Assembly (NCBI GenBank): GCA_964199315.1
Contig: OZ116698.1
Span: 34,286,001-34,350,000, forward strand
DNA: 64,000 bases
Direction: 5' to 3'
DNA from: Orbicella franksi
Taxonomy: Eukaryota
Made by a program: the position numbers and the translations under genes. Shown here piece by piece: positions 1 to 12,262 of this stretch (positions are counted from its first letter, which is position 1; every line of letters starts with the position of its first letter). The notes beneath the pieces were generated by a model. That model was given only the letters and a program-made list of their open reading frames with translations, was not told the DNA's origin and made no database searches.

Positions 1-53
1 TAAAAGTTTAGAAATTATCTGTCATGTTGACCGACCATTGCAAAAGGCCTGTT
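1..53. mobile_element. Terminal fragment of a MITE family (same family as 31236-32193)
   Basis: aaaagtttagaaattatctgtcatgttgaccgaccattgcaaaaggcctgtt is approximately the reverse complement of 31236-31285. Confidence 0.6.
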
Positions 54-3000
54 AAAAAGGTTATTGAAATACATGTAGAGATATGAAGCATTGGAGCTGT
101 AAAATACATTCGGGAATATTGGGACTAATTTACTGAACTATGGGCTTAACTATATAAGGATTATTTTCTAGTTCTGTGAAACATACAAATATGCATGTCT
201 GGTCTAGAATGCAGTTTATAACTGAATTTGTAGTTTAAGTTTCTTCCGCATGGATTCATGATTCAAAACCAACTTGGTGAAAGTATTTAGTCAGAGAATT
301 TATAAAATGCCTAATGAAATCAAGGAACTGTTTTCCTATCATTTAATAAGCCAATATTTATCGCTGACCAGTCACCTAGTCAATATTACAAAAGATCCCT
401 GTCTGTTTACTGTTACCCATTCTCAGTGCTTTTAAACCAAGCTAGATGAACAAAGTTCAAAGCAAAGGAAAAGGATAACATTTAATATCCTTTTAAAACT
501 GGAAGTATATAACTGAGACTGTTAGAAATGTCTGTAATATAAAGTACTCGGTAATGACAAAATATTTCAAAATATAAATATAAGTAATCTCTTAGATGAT
601 AGTGTGTTTTAGTCAGTGGGAAGGTTTCCTTCTTAAACATAGGAATAAATTGATTCATAAATTCAGAATCATTATGTTATGTTTGAAAAAAATGTAGATA
701 AAATTGTATTATCAGAATAGTATAAATCTGTGCTTGAAAATAAAACACATACTTAGGATAAATAATCGAATGTGTTTTCTATATCCTTACAACCTTACCT
801 CATCTTTATAAAAACAAAATATATTCCAATAGGAACCTAACACAAGGGGCTTCCCGGCTGTTACAATGCAAAAACGTTTTTTTTTTTCCAAGAAAGCGTT
901 TCTTTTAGCATTAACTAACAAAGTGTCCATACACTGTTTTTCCACTGATACATACATAAATGTTCACCCTGCTTAAGGAGAACATTAATTTTATGAAGAA
1001 TAACATACATTCATGTATGTAGGTGAACATGTATTACCAAGTCTGATATAAGCGGCTTCACATAAGTAATTTTCAACTGATTTATTCAAGGATAACAATT
1101 ATCATAAAAAGTGACATTCATCAAACAAGTTCTTTGAACACGTTTGGGTCACTGTAGAAACTTTAGAAGAAAGCAAATAATAAAAGTAAACTTGAAAGCT
1201 GTCTTTACATTGTTGCCTGTTTAAAACTTCCTATATAGGAACACCTTTTTGTAGAAAAAAATAAACAAAACAAAAAATGTTTGTTCACCCTGTAGTTTTA
1301 TTTCTTGTGATATGCTAATAAAACAAAAAGATAAATTTTGTGATTCTAGAAATGCAATTTAAGTATGCTCCAGTTGGTTAGACGGGACTGGACATGGGTT
1401 CATTATCTGCAGTCATTGAAGCAAAAATATATACTATTTTTGATGTTGAAATGAGGTACATTTTGATTAGAGCAAGTTAAGAAAACATATTTAATATTTA
1501 AGTAAACACATTTTCAGGTAAAATTTACTGAGGAGAATTGGTGCATCCATAACAAGACAATGCATTATGTTGGTCTATGTTTAAAGTTGAAATCATTTAA
1601 TATCAAGTCCAATATCACAAAAGACATCAATGCTTTAGAAATTAGCATTTTCTCAAGTGAAGGCTGGGTAAATGGATTTAGAAAATGTGCTGTTTTGAAT
1701 GTGAACATTTTCTTGAAACCTACAATTCACAAAACTGTAATTAAACATGAGAAACTATTGTTGCATGGAGCCATGTATTACCATGCTAAAGATTCAACTC
1801 ATTAAAAATTTTGTCTAGTGAGGAGTTACTCAGGCTTATGTGTTATTTAAAAGTTACAATATAAAATGAAAAATGAATTTTAGAACGAAAACCTCAATTC
1901 TATCTTAAAAAATGTCCACAATTATCCATTAAAATTCCAAAAAAATTGAAAATATCTCCATTTTTAACATTGTTATATTTCTTAATTTTTTTACTGCAGT
2001 TAAGTCATATTGAAGTAGACATCATTAAAATGACAAAAGCCAGTGTCGTTTCAGGTTAATGATCAATCCAAACAGTATTCTCTTCAACTGTGACTAAAAT
2101 AACAGCTTTAACCAGTTAAGGCAGTTGATTTTGTTTAAAATAAACAGCTAGTTTTATCTCAACAGGAAAATTGTCCTTGACTAGAAGTGCTATCTGTTCA
2201 CTAATGGAAAAATTATGGTAGCTGCAGAGCTTTATGTGTTTTACAATAACAACTGCCAATGATTTGAAAGTCTACAATACATTTTCTTCCCAAAATGTAG
2301 ATAACCACAATCACCATTATATTATTGCTGCAACACACATCATTCAGTGGCAAGTAATGAAGCTTTGCGCATAAAGAAACAAATTGGATTCAAAAGGTTA
2401 AATTCACAAAGCAGCAATTCCAAGCTCAAACCTATGAGTTCTGTCACAGGTTTTGCACATTTCATTAGTGTTGCATAATATTATACAGCCTTTTGTTGTT
2501 TACTAGTTTTGTCAGTGATTATTTTGGCACTGGCCAGCTCAATCAGATTTGTATAATTATGTAGAAAAGGTTCTACCACACACTTTTAAGCTGTAGTTAC
2601 ACTAACCTGGTAAAACCTAGTACCCTGCTAAGTGTGCCAAAGTACAAATGTGGGACATTTTCTATTAACATTTCCACTCGGAGACAAGTAATGAACTATG
2701 AATGAACAGCACTGCCTACATATATATCAAGTACCAGTACTGCTCAGTCCACGCCACTTTCTACTTGAATGGTGAATCCCATATAAATGCAGCCACATTT
2801 TAGGCTTTTGTCTTCGCTCAAATGTTACAAGCTTAAAGCAGCTTAGACAGCAAAAGGGAATGGCTGCACACTGGGTTTTTCCTTCACAGGCACAATTAAT
2901 GAAATTTTTTTGCGGCATATTAAATGGTGCAACACCCAAAACTGCTCAATAGATTTCATTTGAGTGGTTGCACAGAAGGTCTAAATCCAAAAAAATATAA

Positions 3001-4395
3001 AACCTCATTGCCCTGAGATATGAAATTATAACATAAAATAAGTTTGCCTTGGGTCATGAGTATTGTAACAAGAAAAATGTAGCCTTCTCAGTATTATTTC
3101 AAGATCATCAGGATATTTGAAGTTTCGTTTGTATCTCATAATGCATCTGATACTTCTCTCAAGTTGACAACGTTTTTTGCAGTTTATGATTGATGATCTC
3201 TTAAAAGTATTGCTTTCAGACAGGCAGGAAAAAATTTTGACCTAAATTTCTTTAGAAGAAAAACTTTTCTCTGCATGGTCAATTAAACCAGGCGGCAAAA
3301 TCACCCTCACAGCCAGTCAATTTTCCTATTGCTGGCCCTTAATAAAACCCCTGAGGTTCATTCTGTCAGAAGAAACTTAATGACATAAAAAATGGCACAA
3401 AATATTGTCACATAGTTCAATATTAACTGCAAGTCAGGAAAGGATGTGCCATTTAAAAATTTTCTCAATTAAGTGCCCCCGAGCATGTATTTCAAACTTG
3501 CCTTCATTGATCTACCATTTATTTGACTTTTGCAGTACATTCGAGGCTGGAGTTTATTAGACTTTTCATTTATTATTTTGAGAGCTAAATGTCTTGTAAT
3601 TATAGCTTACTAAGTTTATTATACCTTGAATACGAAATCCTTGAGGGTCTTATTTACAAATCTACCTGGGAGACATGGCATTTTCTCGGGACCTAGCGTT
3701 TAATACAGAGAAACTTTGGTATATTGATTATCTGCCTCTGTGTGTCCATCAAACATACTTTCTCACATTCCATGATATTATGCAAATCCCACAATTAAAG
3801 AATTAGACAGATGATTTCCAATTTCTAGATTAAAGAGTAGTGGACATATCTTGTATCGCGTTTCCCTTTCAAAGCTGATCGATCACCTGTGCTTATGATA
3901 GACAGCTGACAGTCAAGATCTGCTTGTTGATTATTCAGTCTACACAACCATATGTTGTAAGACAACTGACTTGTCTAAATTGGAAGTGATGAATAGCACC
4001 CCAATGTATGTTTTTCACCTGCTAAATGACATTGTCGATTATCTGCAAACTATTGGTCAAGAAATCAATTCCAATTTGTCAAGCACCTTTATAATTGTGT
4101 ATTGCCTTTGATGTAATTTACAATAGCTAGTGCAGCTCTCTACTGATTAAGAGGGGATTTTGCCATTAAATTAAATTGCTCAGTCTAATAGGTCTTAAAA
4201 TTGAAAATTTACAATATGGTATCATTCAGTTTACAATTATGCCCATTGTCAATTTGTGTGTTTTCGTATGGATTGCTGGCTGAAAGTTTTAATCACTTGT
4301 CCTTTAGTTTTGCCTCTTGTAAACTGCTGTTGATATAATTTTCCACTATATACGAAAGATAAATTACTCTCGTGTAATTTCAGTAATAAGCTAAC

Positions 4396-4409
4396 CTGTC
4401 TTGTCTCAT
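4396..4409 (-). CDS. Candidate first coding segment (ATG AGA CAA GAC AG|gttagc) of a second cistron, possibly MOCS2B
   Basis: ATG lies 1 nt after the MOCS2A TGA and is followed by a CAG|GTTAGC donor. No downstream MOCS2B exon was recognised in 1-4395. Confidence 0.4.
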
Positions 4410-4410
4410 T

Positions 4411-5477
4411 TCAACCACCGCTGATTGGTGGAATTACTGCGACTTCTTCGCCTCCTTCAAAAGTAATCTCTGAATCCTTTTCGATGTAGCTCTGATTTAC
4501 CGCGATCACAAGGTTTTCTTGAATAACTGCAAGGCTAACACAAAGATCGTGCACGCTTTGTAACGAAAGCAGAATGTGGCGCAACTACATTAACAGAAGG
4601 TTGTAAGTTGATGCATAAGCAACAAGAATAAAGATGTTTTCGAAATTTAATAATAAACTGACAGGAGGTTCGCAATCTGACCGCACTTGAATCAACAAGA
4701 ACATTAATTTCACATCGAGCTTACCTCGGAAAATTGTTGAGAATGTAGTGGATCAGGTCTCTCCCTTTGATTCGCTTTCCAACCGATATTTGTGCTGAAC
4801 GTTTTTCGACTAATTCGCGACTTTTAGCGAAGAACAAAACGGTGACCTGTGCAATGAGAAACAATGAACACACTTTTGAAGCTTCCAGTGTTACTATTTC
4901 GACTTATGCAAATACGCTAAATGTCAACAAATTTAATCCAAGTAGTTATCATTCGAAAGGCACTGATGTACACACGTACTCGTTCGGTATCAAAACGAGT
5001 AACGATCAGTTACAAAATAAAACCTTGTTTATGACGTGACAAATCATTGTAGCGGCAAATTCCTATTTTGTGAAGTTTCAGTAAAGATGAACTTGGAATT
5101 CACTATGGGATTAATTAACGATCAGATCGAGAACAAAACGTGTACATTCGTGATCACAATCATTCAATTCAACACGACCTCGATAGAAAGCGCAAGGCGA
5201 ACTTCGCCTTTCTTCACAGCGGGGGATTTAGCGCAAGCTAAGCTTTCATTCACAATATTATTATCGTGTACACTTAACTAAGAATATTTGTATTTCCATA
5301 AAGCCACACATGATTACGTCTCCAAGGACTTATGAGTCCAATACATGTACTTTTAAGTCTTACACATACAGTGGAAATCTGTCCCCAGAAGCGCATGCTT
5401 TCACAGTACAATTCAACGAGAGAAATCTGTTTTCTTACCTCTACTTGCTGTGTGGTGTCATTATTAAAGTGATCCAT
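4411..5477 (-). CDS. MOCS2A: Molybdopterin synthase sulfur-carrier (small) subunit, 3 coding exons: 5477-5439, 4846-4725, 4534-4411; 94 aa
   Basis: Manual splicing at GT-AG sites with consistent phases (39+122+124=285 nt) gives MDHFNNDTTQQVE-VTVLFFAKSRELVEK...NNFPS-LAVIQENLVIAVNQSYIEKDSEITFEGGEEVAVIPPISGG*. This has the MoaD/MOCS2A N-terminal V-L-[FY]-F-A motif and the diagnostic C-terminal VIPPISGG. Exon 1 is the least certain, chosen for its AG|GTAAGA donor and phase 0. Confidence 0.9.
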
Positions 5478-5721
5478 CAATGATCTTCGTAAAAGATGAA
5501 ATAGACAGCGTCCTGTTGGACTGATTATCTGTTATTAAAATTAGATGAAAATTAGTACAGCTTTTTATACATGTTGCAAAATTCTACCAGGCGTACAGAT
5601 GACTGACGGACAACATTTTAAGGATGTTTTTGATTGGTTGGTTACTTGTATCCAATAAGATCTTTTGTAATAAAGATATGGAAAATGCTGGAAAAGGGCG
5701 GGAAGCCGGGGACCGAGCCAA

Positions 5722-5916
5722 TAGGCCCTTTGCAGGATCCGGTCACATGGTACTGAATTAATTACGCCGGGACGCAAGTTACGCAGTGGGACTTCCAAAA
5801 CAAAGGAAAGTCGGGCTGGACTGTACGAGTTCCTTTGTTTTGGAAGTCCCACTGCGTAACTTGCGTCCCAGCGTAATTAATTCCGTACCATGTGACCGGA
5901 TCCTGCAAAGGGCCTA
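5722..5916. mobile_element. Palindromic MITE with ~87-bp near-perfect inverted arms
   Basis: taggccctttgcaggatccggtcacatggtac...caaaacaaaggaa / ttcctttgttttg...gtaccatgtgaccggatcctgcaaagggccta around a ~21-nt spacer, ~245 bp upstream of the MOCS2A ATG. Confidence 0.85.
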
Positions 5917-6074
5917 TTTCGAAGTTATGTTGAGACAAACTGCATTCTCCTCTCTTTCGCATCTCATCGCAGGGCCAGGGTGCAGTTTATACGATGACGA
6001 CTTTTACCGGCTATGAGACAATTCAAAGAACATCAGCGAAACAGCACTTGTCTTCACTTCTTGGTTTTTTAACC

Positions 6075-6231
6075 TAGACTACGAGTAGTCCCTCTTTCCC
6101 TTAGTCCGTCGTGCGTTTACGCGAAAGAAAGCTGCGAGAAAAAAATGGCTGCGCGAAACCATTTTTTCCTCGCAGTTTTCTTTCGCGTCACCCATGACGG
6201 ACTAAGCGAAAGAGAGACTACTCGTAGTCTA
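6075..6231. mobile_element. MITE with TAGACTACGAGTAGTC termini
   Basis: ~40-bp TIRs: tagactacgagtagtccctctttcccttagtccgtc ... gacggactaagcgaaagagagactactcgtagtcta. A truncated relative lies at ~20880-20997. Confidence 0.85.
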
Positions 6232-6457
6232 GGTTAACCTCACATGGGTTAACATGGGTTTCGGCATTAGAACTTCGTATAACTTCTAAGCTGAAGCTTA
6301 TATTTCGCTGTTAAGCTTATTTGGCTATCGCTTTCCAGTACTCTATGACATTTGAAATGTTTTATGTTTTTGGTCAAAGGCTTACAAAAAATGGAAAGGA
6401 CTGGAATGTCAACACCTTCCAAGACCACAGCCTGGAAAAAAAGGTTTTTTTGAGCTT

Positions 6458-6585
6458 AATAAGAATGAGAATGAGAATGAGAATAAGAATAAGAATAAGA
6501 ATAAGAATAGGAATAGGAATAGAAATAAGAATAGGTATCCATGGTATAGGAGTAGGAATAGAAATAAGAATAAGAATAAGAAAGT
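6458..6585. repeat. Degenerate hexanucleotide microsatellite (AAGAAT/GAGAAT/GGAATA)n
   Basis: Directly visible; it produces the spurious RIRIRI/FLFLFL ORFs. Confidence 0.95.
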
Positions 6586-6731
6586 AATAATCAAAGTTTA
6601 TGAGTGCGTTCGTTTTCTAGGTCTGTGATTAACTGAAATAACTGTCTGTTGCTGAAATCATTATCTTTGTGAACAGCTATCTTTATAGACAGATGTAACA
6701 TAATGACAAAGTCCACTATTTTTCTGTAGAT

Positions 6732-7310
6732 TACAGTCAAACCTCTAAAAAGCAGCCACTCTGGGGGGACGAGGCAACTGGCCGCTTCTTAAGCCCTGGC
6801 CAAACGGAGTCCAAAGTAGTCGCAAGAAGCCACAAGTTGAACTCGCGTAGAGACTTGCGTTGGGTGGCCAAACGGACTCGCAAGTTTCCTCGCAAGTACA
6901 CGCAGGTCGCAAAAAAAAAAAAAAAACACTTCAAGGCAGACATATCCTGTATTTCACCGGCTAATAATAGGTTAATGGACGTCACTCAACTTGCGTTGAC
7001 TAGGGTTGGGTGGCCAAACGGTGAAAAACTTGCGTCGACTTGCGTGCAAATTTGATCTCGACCAAACGGAGTCGCAAGTAGACGCAAGTTGAGAACTTGC
7101 TTCAACTTGCGATTCCGTTTGGCCAGGGCTTTTGAGGTATAAAACAAAACAAAATCACCCTTGGGACGGCAAGAAGCTGACCGCGGCCGCTTAATAGAGG
7201 TGGCCGTTGAATATAGGTTTTTATTACAGTGTATAGCTGACAATTTTCCCCGGGATTTTGGCTGCTGGCGGCCAAATAATAGTTGGTCGCTTAATAGAGG
7301 TTCGGCTCTA
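6732..7310. mobile_element. Non-autonomous Tc1/pogo-like element (TA-CAGT termini, degenerate) hosting a nested element
   Basis: Left end tacagtcaaacctct; right end agaggttcggctcta; subterminal cgcttaatagagg repeats. Confidence 0.6.
6791..7132. mobile_element. Nested non-autonomous TIR element (AGCCCTGGCCAAACG termini, Harbinger-like)
   Basis: TIRs aagccctggccaaacgga / tccgtttggccagggctt; internal ccaaacgg and cgcaagt repeats; left flank TTA, right flank TTT. Confidence 0.75.
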
Positions 7311-7934
7311 TTTTGATTTCCTTGCGTTATTGTTGACACGTTGCGTGACGGCTCCAGTTTCGGTAAGTCACAAGTTTAATAGAACATTTGCCTTCAAAAT
7401 TCATGCTAAAATCTCATTTTTACTTTTACTGGCAATTTTTAAGCATAAAGGCTAATTTTTAAAAGTACACTTGTGTTACATCTAGTATTCTAAGCTGAAA
7501 GCACAAATATCAGCTAGCATTTGCACTCATGTGCCGGTTTATCCGTGGTTTATCGTAAACAAACTCTGTGCAACTAACGACGGATTCGAATATTTCCGCT
7601 GATGAATAGAAATAGTCAGCATTTACATTACTGTGCCTTAAGGTCCGGTAATACGGGCAGCATTTTCTTCAACTTGTCTCGCAACATTGTTGCATTGCAA
7701 GTTGAAATCCTCTGTTGCGCGTATTACCACGTTTGTGACCAACTTGTCTCGCAGCAAAATACAGTGTTGCAAGTTGAGGCAACATGTTGCGCAAAGTAGA
7801 CTCGAGTTCTACTTTCTGCAACAAATTTTCGTTTTGCTGCTCCTATTACCACTGAAGCTACAACTTGTCTCGCAACAAATTTGAATTCAACGCTTCTAAT
7901 TGGCTGTCACGAAGCGCGGGAAATAAAAAAAAAA

Positions 7935-8230
7935 CATGGCGGACGGTGAAGACGAGCCTGAATTCGAGGTAGACCAGTAACTCTCGGAAAGTCATAATTT
8001 GCCCTGTACAAAGACCTCGAGGGCTATCATAGTCTTTGGGACACCTCGTTTGTCCCTTCAAAGCAAGCAGCAAAAAAGACAAAAGGCTTGGAAGAACTGT
8101 CGCAAAAATACAACTTTTCGCCTAGCTTCATACTGAGAAAACTTCGCTGGCACTGAAAATTAAGACTAAAATGATGGCCAGAAGTCGAAGTGGAAGTTCG
8201 TCGAAACGCTAAATTATATGAAAGAAGGAG
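7935..8230 (+). pseudogene. Decayed MADF/SANT-like accessory gene of the Harbinger element
   Basis: Fragments MADGEDEPEF, ALYKDLEGYHSLWDTS and KSKWKFVETLNYMKE are separated by stops and frameshifts and resemble MADF motifs. Confidence 0.5.
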
Positions 8231-8299
8231 CCATCTTTATTTACACACGATTGACCAATTATACGTGTAGAATTCCGCAGACTTGCATCCATAAGCAGG

Positions 8300-8598
8300 C
8301 TTCAGCAAAAGGTCAACATTCATGTCCCCCAGAATAATTAAATCACATCTATCAAGGATCAAAGTAGGCATACAGTTTTCGAGGTTGGAAATAAACTTGG
8401 TGAAATCAGCATTAGGTGCACGATATAAACAACAAATGAGAGTCGGCTTACATTTGGCGCGATTAAGTTCGATCCAGAGACATTCATTTTCACCAATATT
8501 TAAGTCGTTCCGTACGCGAAACGGTAGACCATCTCTCACGTAGATAGCAACACCTCCGCCTGATTTTGACCCTTCTCTATCCCGACGAACCAATGTAC
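8300..8598 (-). pseudogene. Fragment of an apurinic-like endonuclease from a CR1/L2-type LINE
   Basis: RRDR...GGGVAIYVR...ECLWIEL...CCLYRAPN...LIILGDMNVDLL are typical APE/EEP motifs. Confidence 0.85.
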
Positions 8599-9397
8599 TT
8601 TGCTGCCAGACAAGTTGGTCACAAACGTGGTAATACGTGCAACACATGGTTTCAACTTGCAATACAACAATGTTGCGAGACAAGCTGAAGAAAAATGTTG
8701 CCCGTATTACCGGACCTTTAGTTCTGGCTTACTCTTACAGATCTTGGCTTCAGAGTACTCTTCCATCGATTCAATTTTGAGCTTCGTTGGATAATGAACT
8801 ATTTTTGGCCACTGGAACTAAGTAATTAAAGTCAATATAATTTGTTTAATGTACTCAAAATATAGCCGTTCCCACGATTAAAATCACAATGCAAGGCGAT
8901 TCGAAGTCCTGGTCGTGAACAGAATAAATAGTTGTTGTCCCAGTTATGTAACGAAAGCACGTCATGTCGCATCCTGACAAAAGAGGCCACTCACGGTCCA
9001 GAATCAAACAACAAACAAGCGATCGCGAACGATCTAAAAAGCAAATCATCTTGTTTACATGTGCTTTGCGATGATGTTATTTGTTTTTGCCGGGCCAAAC
9101 AATATTACTCTAGTCTGCATTGGGACTGCATTCCCTTTTTTGTCGAATGCAATCAGAGTGAAAAACCAATTCGAAGAAGATTCCAAAACGTCGAAAACAG
9201 CGAAAGAAGCCACAAAAGAGAACAAGAATGACGTAGCAAATGGACACGAAATGTACAGCACATGGTTTGGCGATGATGTCATTCGTTTTTGCCCCTGCTG
9301 CGGGGCGGCCAAATCGGTGTTGCAAGATCTAAGGAGAACCGTCCCATGAAACTTGACTCAAGTCTGCATTAGGACTGCGTTCTACGAACGCAATAAT

Positions 9398-9403
9398 AAC
9401 AAT

Positions 9404-9462
<59 letters not shown>

Positions 9463-9500
9463 TGACAATAATGAAAATCAGAATAAGAATAAGAATGATA
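9398..9500. repeat. (ACAACG)n / (AATAAG)n simple repeat
   Basis: Directly visible; it follows an imperfect internal duplication at ~9065-9380. Confidence 0.9.
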
Positions 9501-11236
9501 ATATGCTCCTGTAATAATAAATAGTATTTTTATAGGGCCTATCCAAGTGTGATCTAGGTGCGTTACAAGTTATAAAATACAAATAGAATAATATTAAAAA
9601 ATAAAATAAAACAAGTTATGTTATTTGTTTGTTTGTACAGTGGAACCCCGTTAATATGGACATCAAGGGGACATGCCAAAATGTCCGTATTAACGGGGTG
9701 TCCGTATTAACCGGGGTCCTCGGAAAAAAGTCACGGACACGTGTTTTATCGATACAAACACTAAGGCCGACACTTGTACGACAACAAAACGTTTTAATAG
9801 TACTGTAAATTACAAATCATTAACTGTATCACTCTCGGACTAAAATAAATTTTATGTTGTACAGACTGTTCTTGAAATCAGTTGAAAAAGTCCATGACGT
9901 TACTTTACACAAGGAATATAGCAGAGTACTTTAGCAGCATTAAAATGGTGTTTAGCTTCTTCTGCAACTGGAACTGTAACAAGTTTAACTTTTCAAGATA
10001 AGTTTAAATTTTGTCTACTCTTCTTAAACTCCTCAGCAGACTCGTTCACTCATTCAAAGAAGTCTGTGACTTTTCGTTGTACTGACGCATTTAGTTTTCG
10101 ATTCAGCCAGATGTACAGAATGTTAGACACCTTGGAAAGGTTATTCGCTGCTGCCGTAAGGTTTTCATTTGTTAGATATTCCGTCACGTCCTCTAGCATT
10201 GCCATGGCTTCCTTCATTGACTTGACTTTGGGTTCCTTCGGCTGGGCATTGGCCTCAATAATATCATCGTCACTGTCATCGTCTTGTGAATTCTGGGAGG
10301 TGCATGTCGATAGACTAGAGAAAAATTCCTCTTCCCAATTAGCACTCAGCTCTTTGCACGTTGGCAGAATGGAAGTTGCTTCTAAGGCATCGACTGCTGA
10401 AGGTATATCTGAACCAGACCCGGAACTCGCATCACACAACAATGAATTCACCTACACCAATTCGCCTGATTCTAGGTCCTCGAATGGATCAAATTCGCGG
10501 TGTTCCGCAGGAAATGAAACGAGAGAGCCGTCTGCTGAAAGAAAACCTGCCTTAACAAAGCATTTCTTGATGGTTGATTCTGACACGTTTTCCCATGCCT
10601 GGGCAGCCCACCTTATGGCTTGTAGTAAATCCACAGACTTGCACACTTCAGTGGCAGAGTTGCAATCATCTGTTTTGCTGACGACATGTGTCAGCGTCAG
10701 TTTCATGTATTTCAGCTTAAATGTTTGGATAATTCCAAGATCAAGAGGCTGGAGTCTGGATGTACAATTTGGTGGAAAAGACACAACCTTGATGTGGTCG
10801 TATTTGCCTTTCATATCTGGAGGATGGCAAGGGACATTGTCCAGAAATAAATAACATTTCTTCGCTCTCGTGCTAATTTCCTGTTAAGCTTGGATAGTAC
10901 GTCATCAAGGATGTTAAAATCCATCCAGGCTTTTGGCTGACTGAAGTATGAGCAAGGTAGTTGAGACGTATCCCCGATTGCTTTAAAGCAATGCGGGCTT
11001 TTTGACTTGCCAGTGACAATTGGTTTTTCGCTACCATCCGCTGCATTAACAAAAAATGCGCACGTCACTCTTTCTTTGGACTTTTTCCCTCCAGTGCTGT
11101 AATATTCTAGAGCCAATAAACCAGCCAAAACTCGGGAACGCAACTCCATTTTTTTTCAAGCGACTGACAACGTGTTTCATCCGACCGAACGATTGGAAAA
11201 CTACTGGAGGAGCGGTTACACAGCTCACATTCTACA

Positions 11237-11250
11237 CTCCCCCACTAAGC
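11237..11250 (-). other. Polypurine tract of the Gypsy element
   Basis: gcttagtgggggag immediately precedes the 3' LTR on the minus strand. Confidence 0.75.
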
Positions 11251-12262
11251 CATGAAAACTAGTGCAATAAATCAACGACAAAACTTAGCTTGCAGTTCTT
11301 AAGTGTCTCTGTCCTAATAACCTAAAAAGTCACTTAATGACAAAATCAGCCAAGTATCGAGGCGCGTGTCTGTTCCTAGTAGGGTAACGCTTCTCTGGAA
11401 TGCCTTGGGTAGTTGATTGCACAGGAACAGCTGGCTCCCTTTGGGTTTCTTCCCACTGCAATTCTGGCTGTTCAACTGCCGGCGATGCTGGAATTGGGTC
11501 TGCTGGACCCTCTTGATCAGCAATAGGCGCTTGGGGAATGCAGGATCGCTGTATAAGGTGGTCTTGGTGACGTCTCAAGAGTCGGCCATCTTCTAGCTGA
11601 ACTGCGAAGGAAGTTGGACCCGTTGACTCTTTCAAGATTCCAGGTAACCACCTTGGTCCTCTTCGGAAGTTGCTTGCGTAAACTGCTTCCCCTTCCTGCA
11701 TGGTGCGTTCCTTAGCGTGCCAGTCATGTGCCTGTTTCTGAGAAGCTTGGCTTTGTGGCACTTTCCTTCCGATTTCCGGGTAGACTAGGTCTAGTCTTGA
11801 TCTGGGTTTCCTTCCTAGAAGTAATTCTGCAGGGGACACTCCTGTTGAAGTCTGTGGGGTGATTCTGTAACGAGCTAGAAATTCTGGAACTCGTGCCTCC
11901 ACACTTCCTCCACTCATCGTCTTCATTCCCTCCTTGAATGTTTGTACCGCTCTCTCAGCCAGTCCGTTAGACGCTGGGTGGTAGGGTGCTGTTCTGATGT
12001 GACGGATCCCGTTCTGTTTGAGGAAATCTCCAAACTCTTTGCTCGCGAAGTTGCTGCCATTGTCTGTGACGACAATTTCCGGTAGGCCATGTGTCGCGAA
12101 AGCGATTCTCAATTTCTCAATGGTAGCACTTGAAGTTGATGTATTCATTGGAAACGCCTCCATCCACTTAGAGTGGGCATCCATCACAATGAGAAACATT
12201 TTTCCAAGGAACGGACCCGCATAGTCTAGGTGGAGTCGAACCCAGGGTTTATGAGGCCATTC

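Larger units (their letters stand above)
7641..8717. mobile_element. PIF/Harbinger-type deletion derivative with ~118-bp TIRs and TTA TSD
   Basis: TTA|aggtccggtaatacgggca...tgcccgtattaccggacct|TTA. The interior holds a decayed MADF/Myb-like remnant and a LINE endonuclease fragment. Confidence 0.8.

Noticed and set aside
1-4390. Search for MOCS2B exons and other exon-like pieces (e.g. minus 796-833, minus 2727-2939, plus 1518-1805)
   Set aside because: No MOCS2B motifs (GAIS, GTTR, YEAY, VPIWKK) found, and the candidate exons do not join into a recognisable protein. Left unannotated; a real gene here cannot be excluded.
5565-6016. Mirror-image ORFs on both strands (MGLPKQR...)
   Set aside because: Artefact of the palindromic MITE at 5722-5916.
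6321-6594. RIRIRI and FLFLFL ORFs
   Set aside because: Translation of a hexanucleotide microsatellite.
10066-10854. 262-aa plus-strand ORF
   Set aside because: Antisense shadow of the Tigger transposase; no recognisable protein features.
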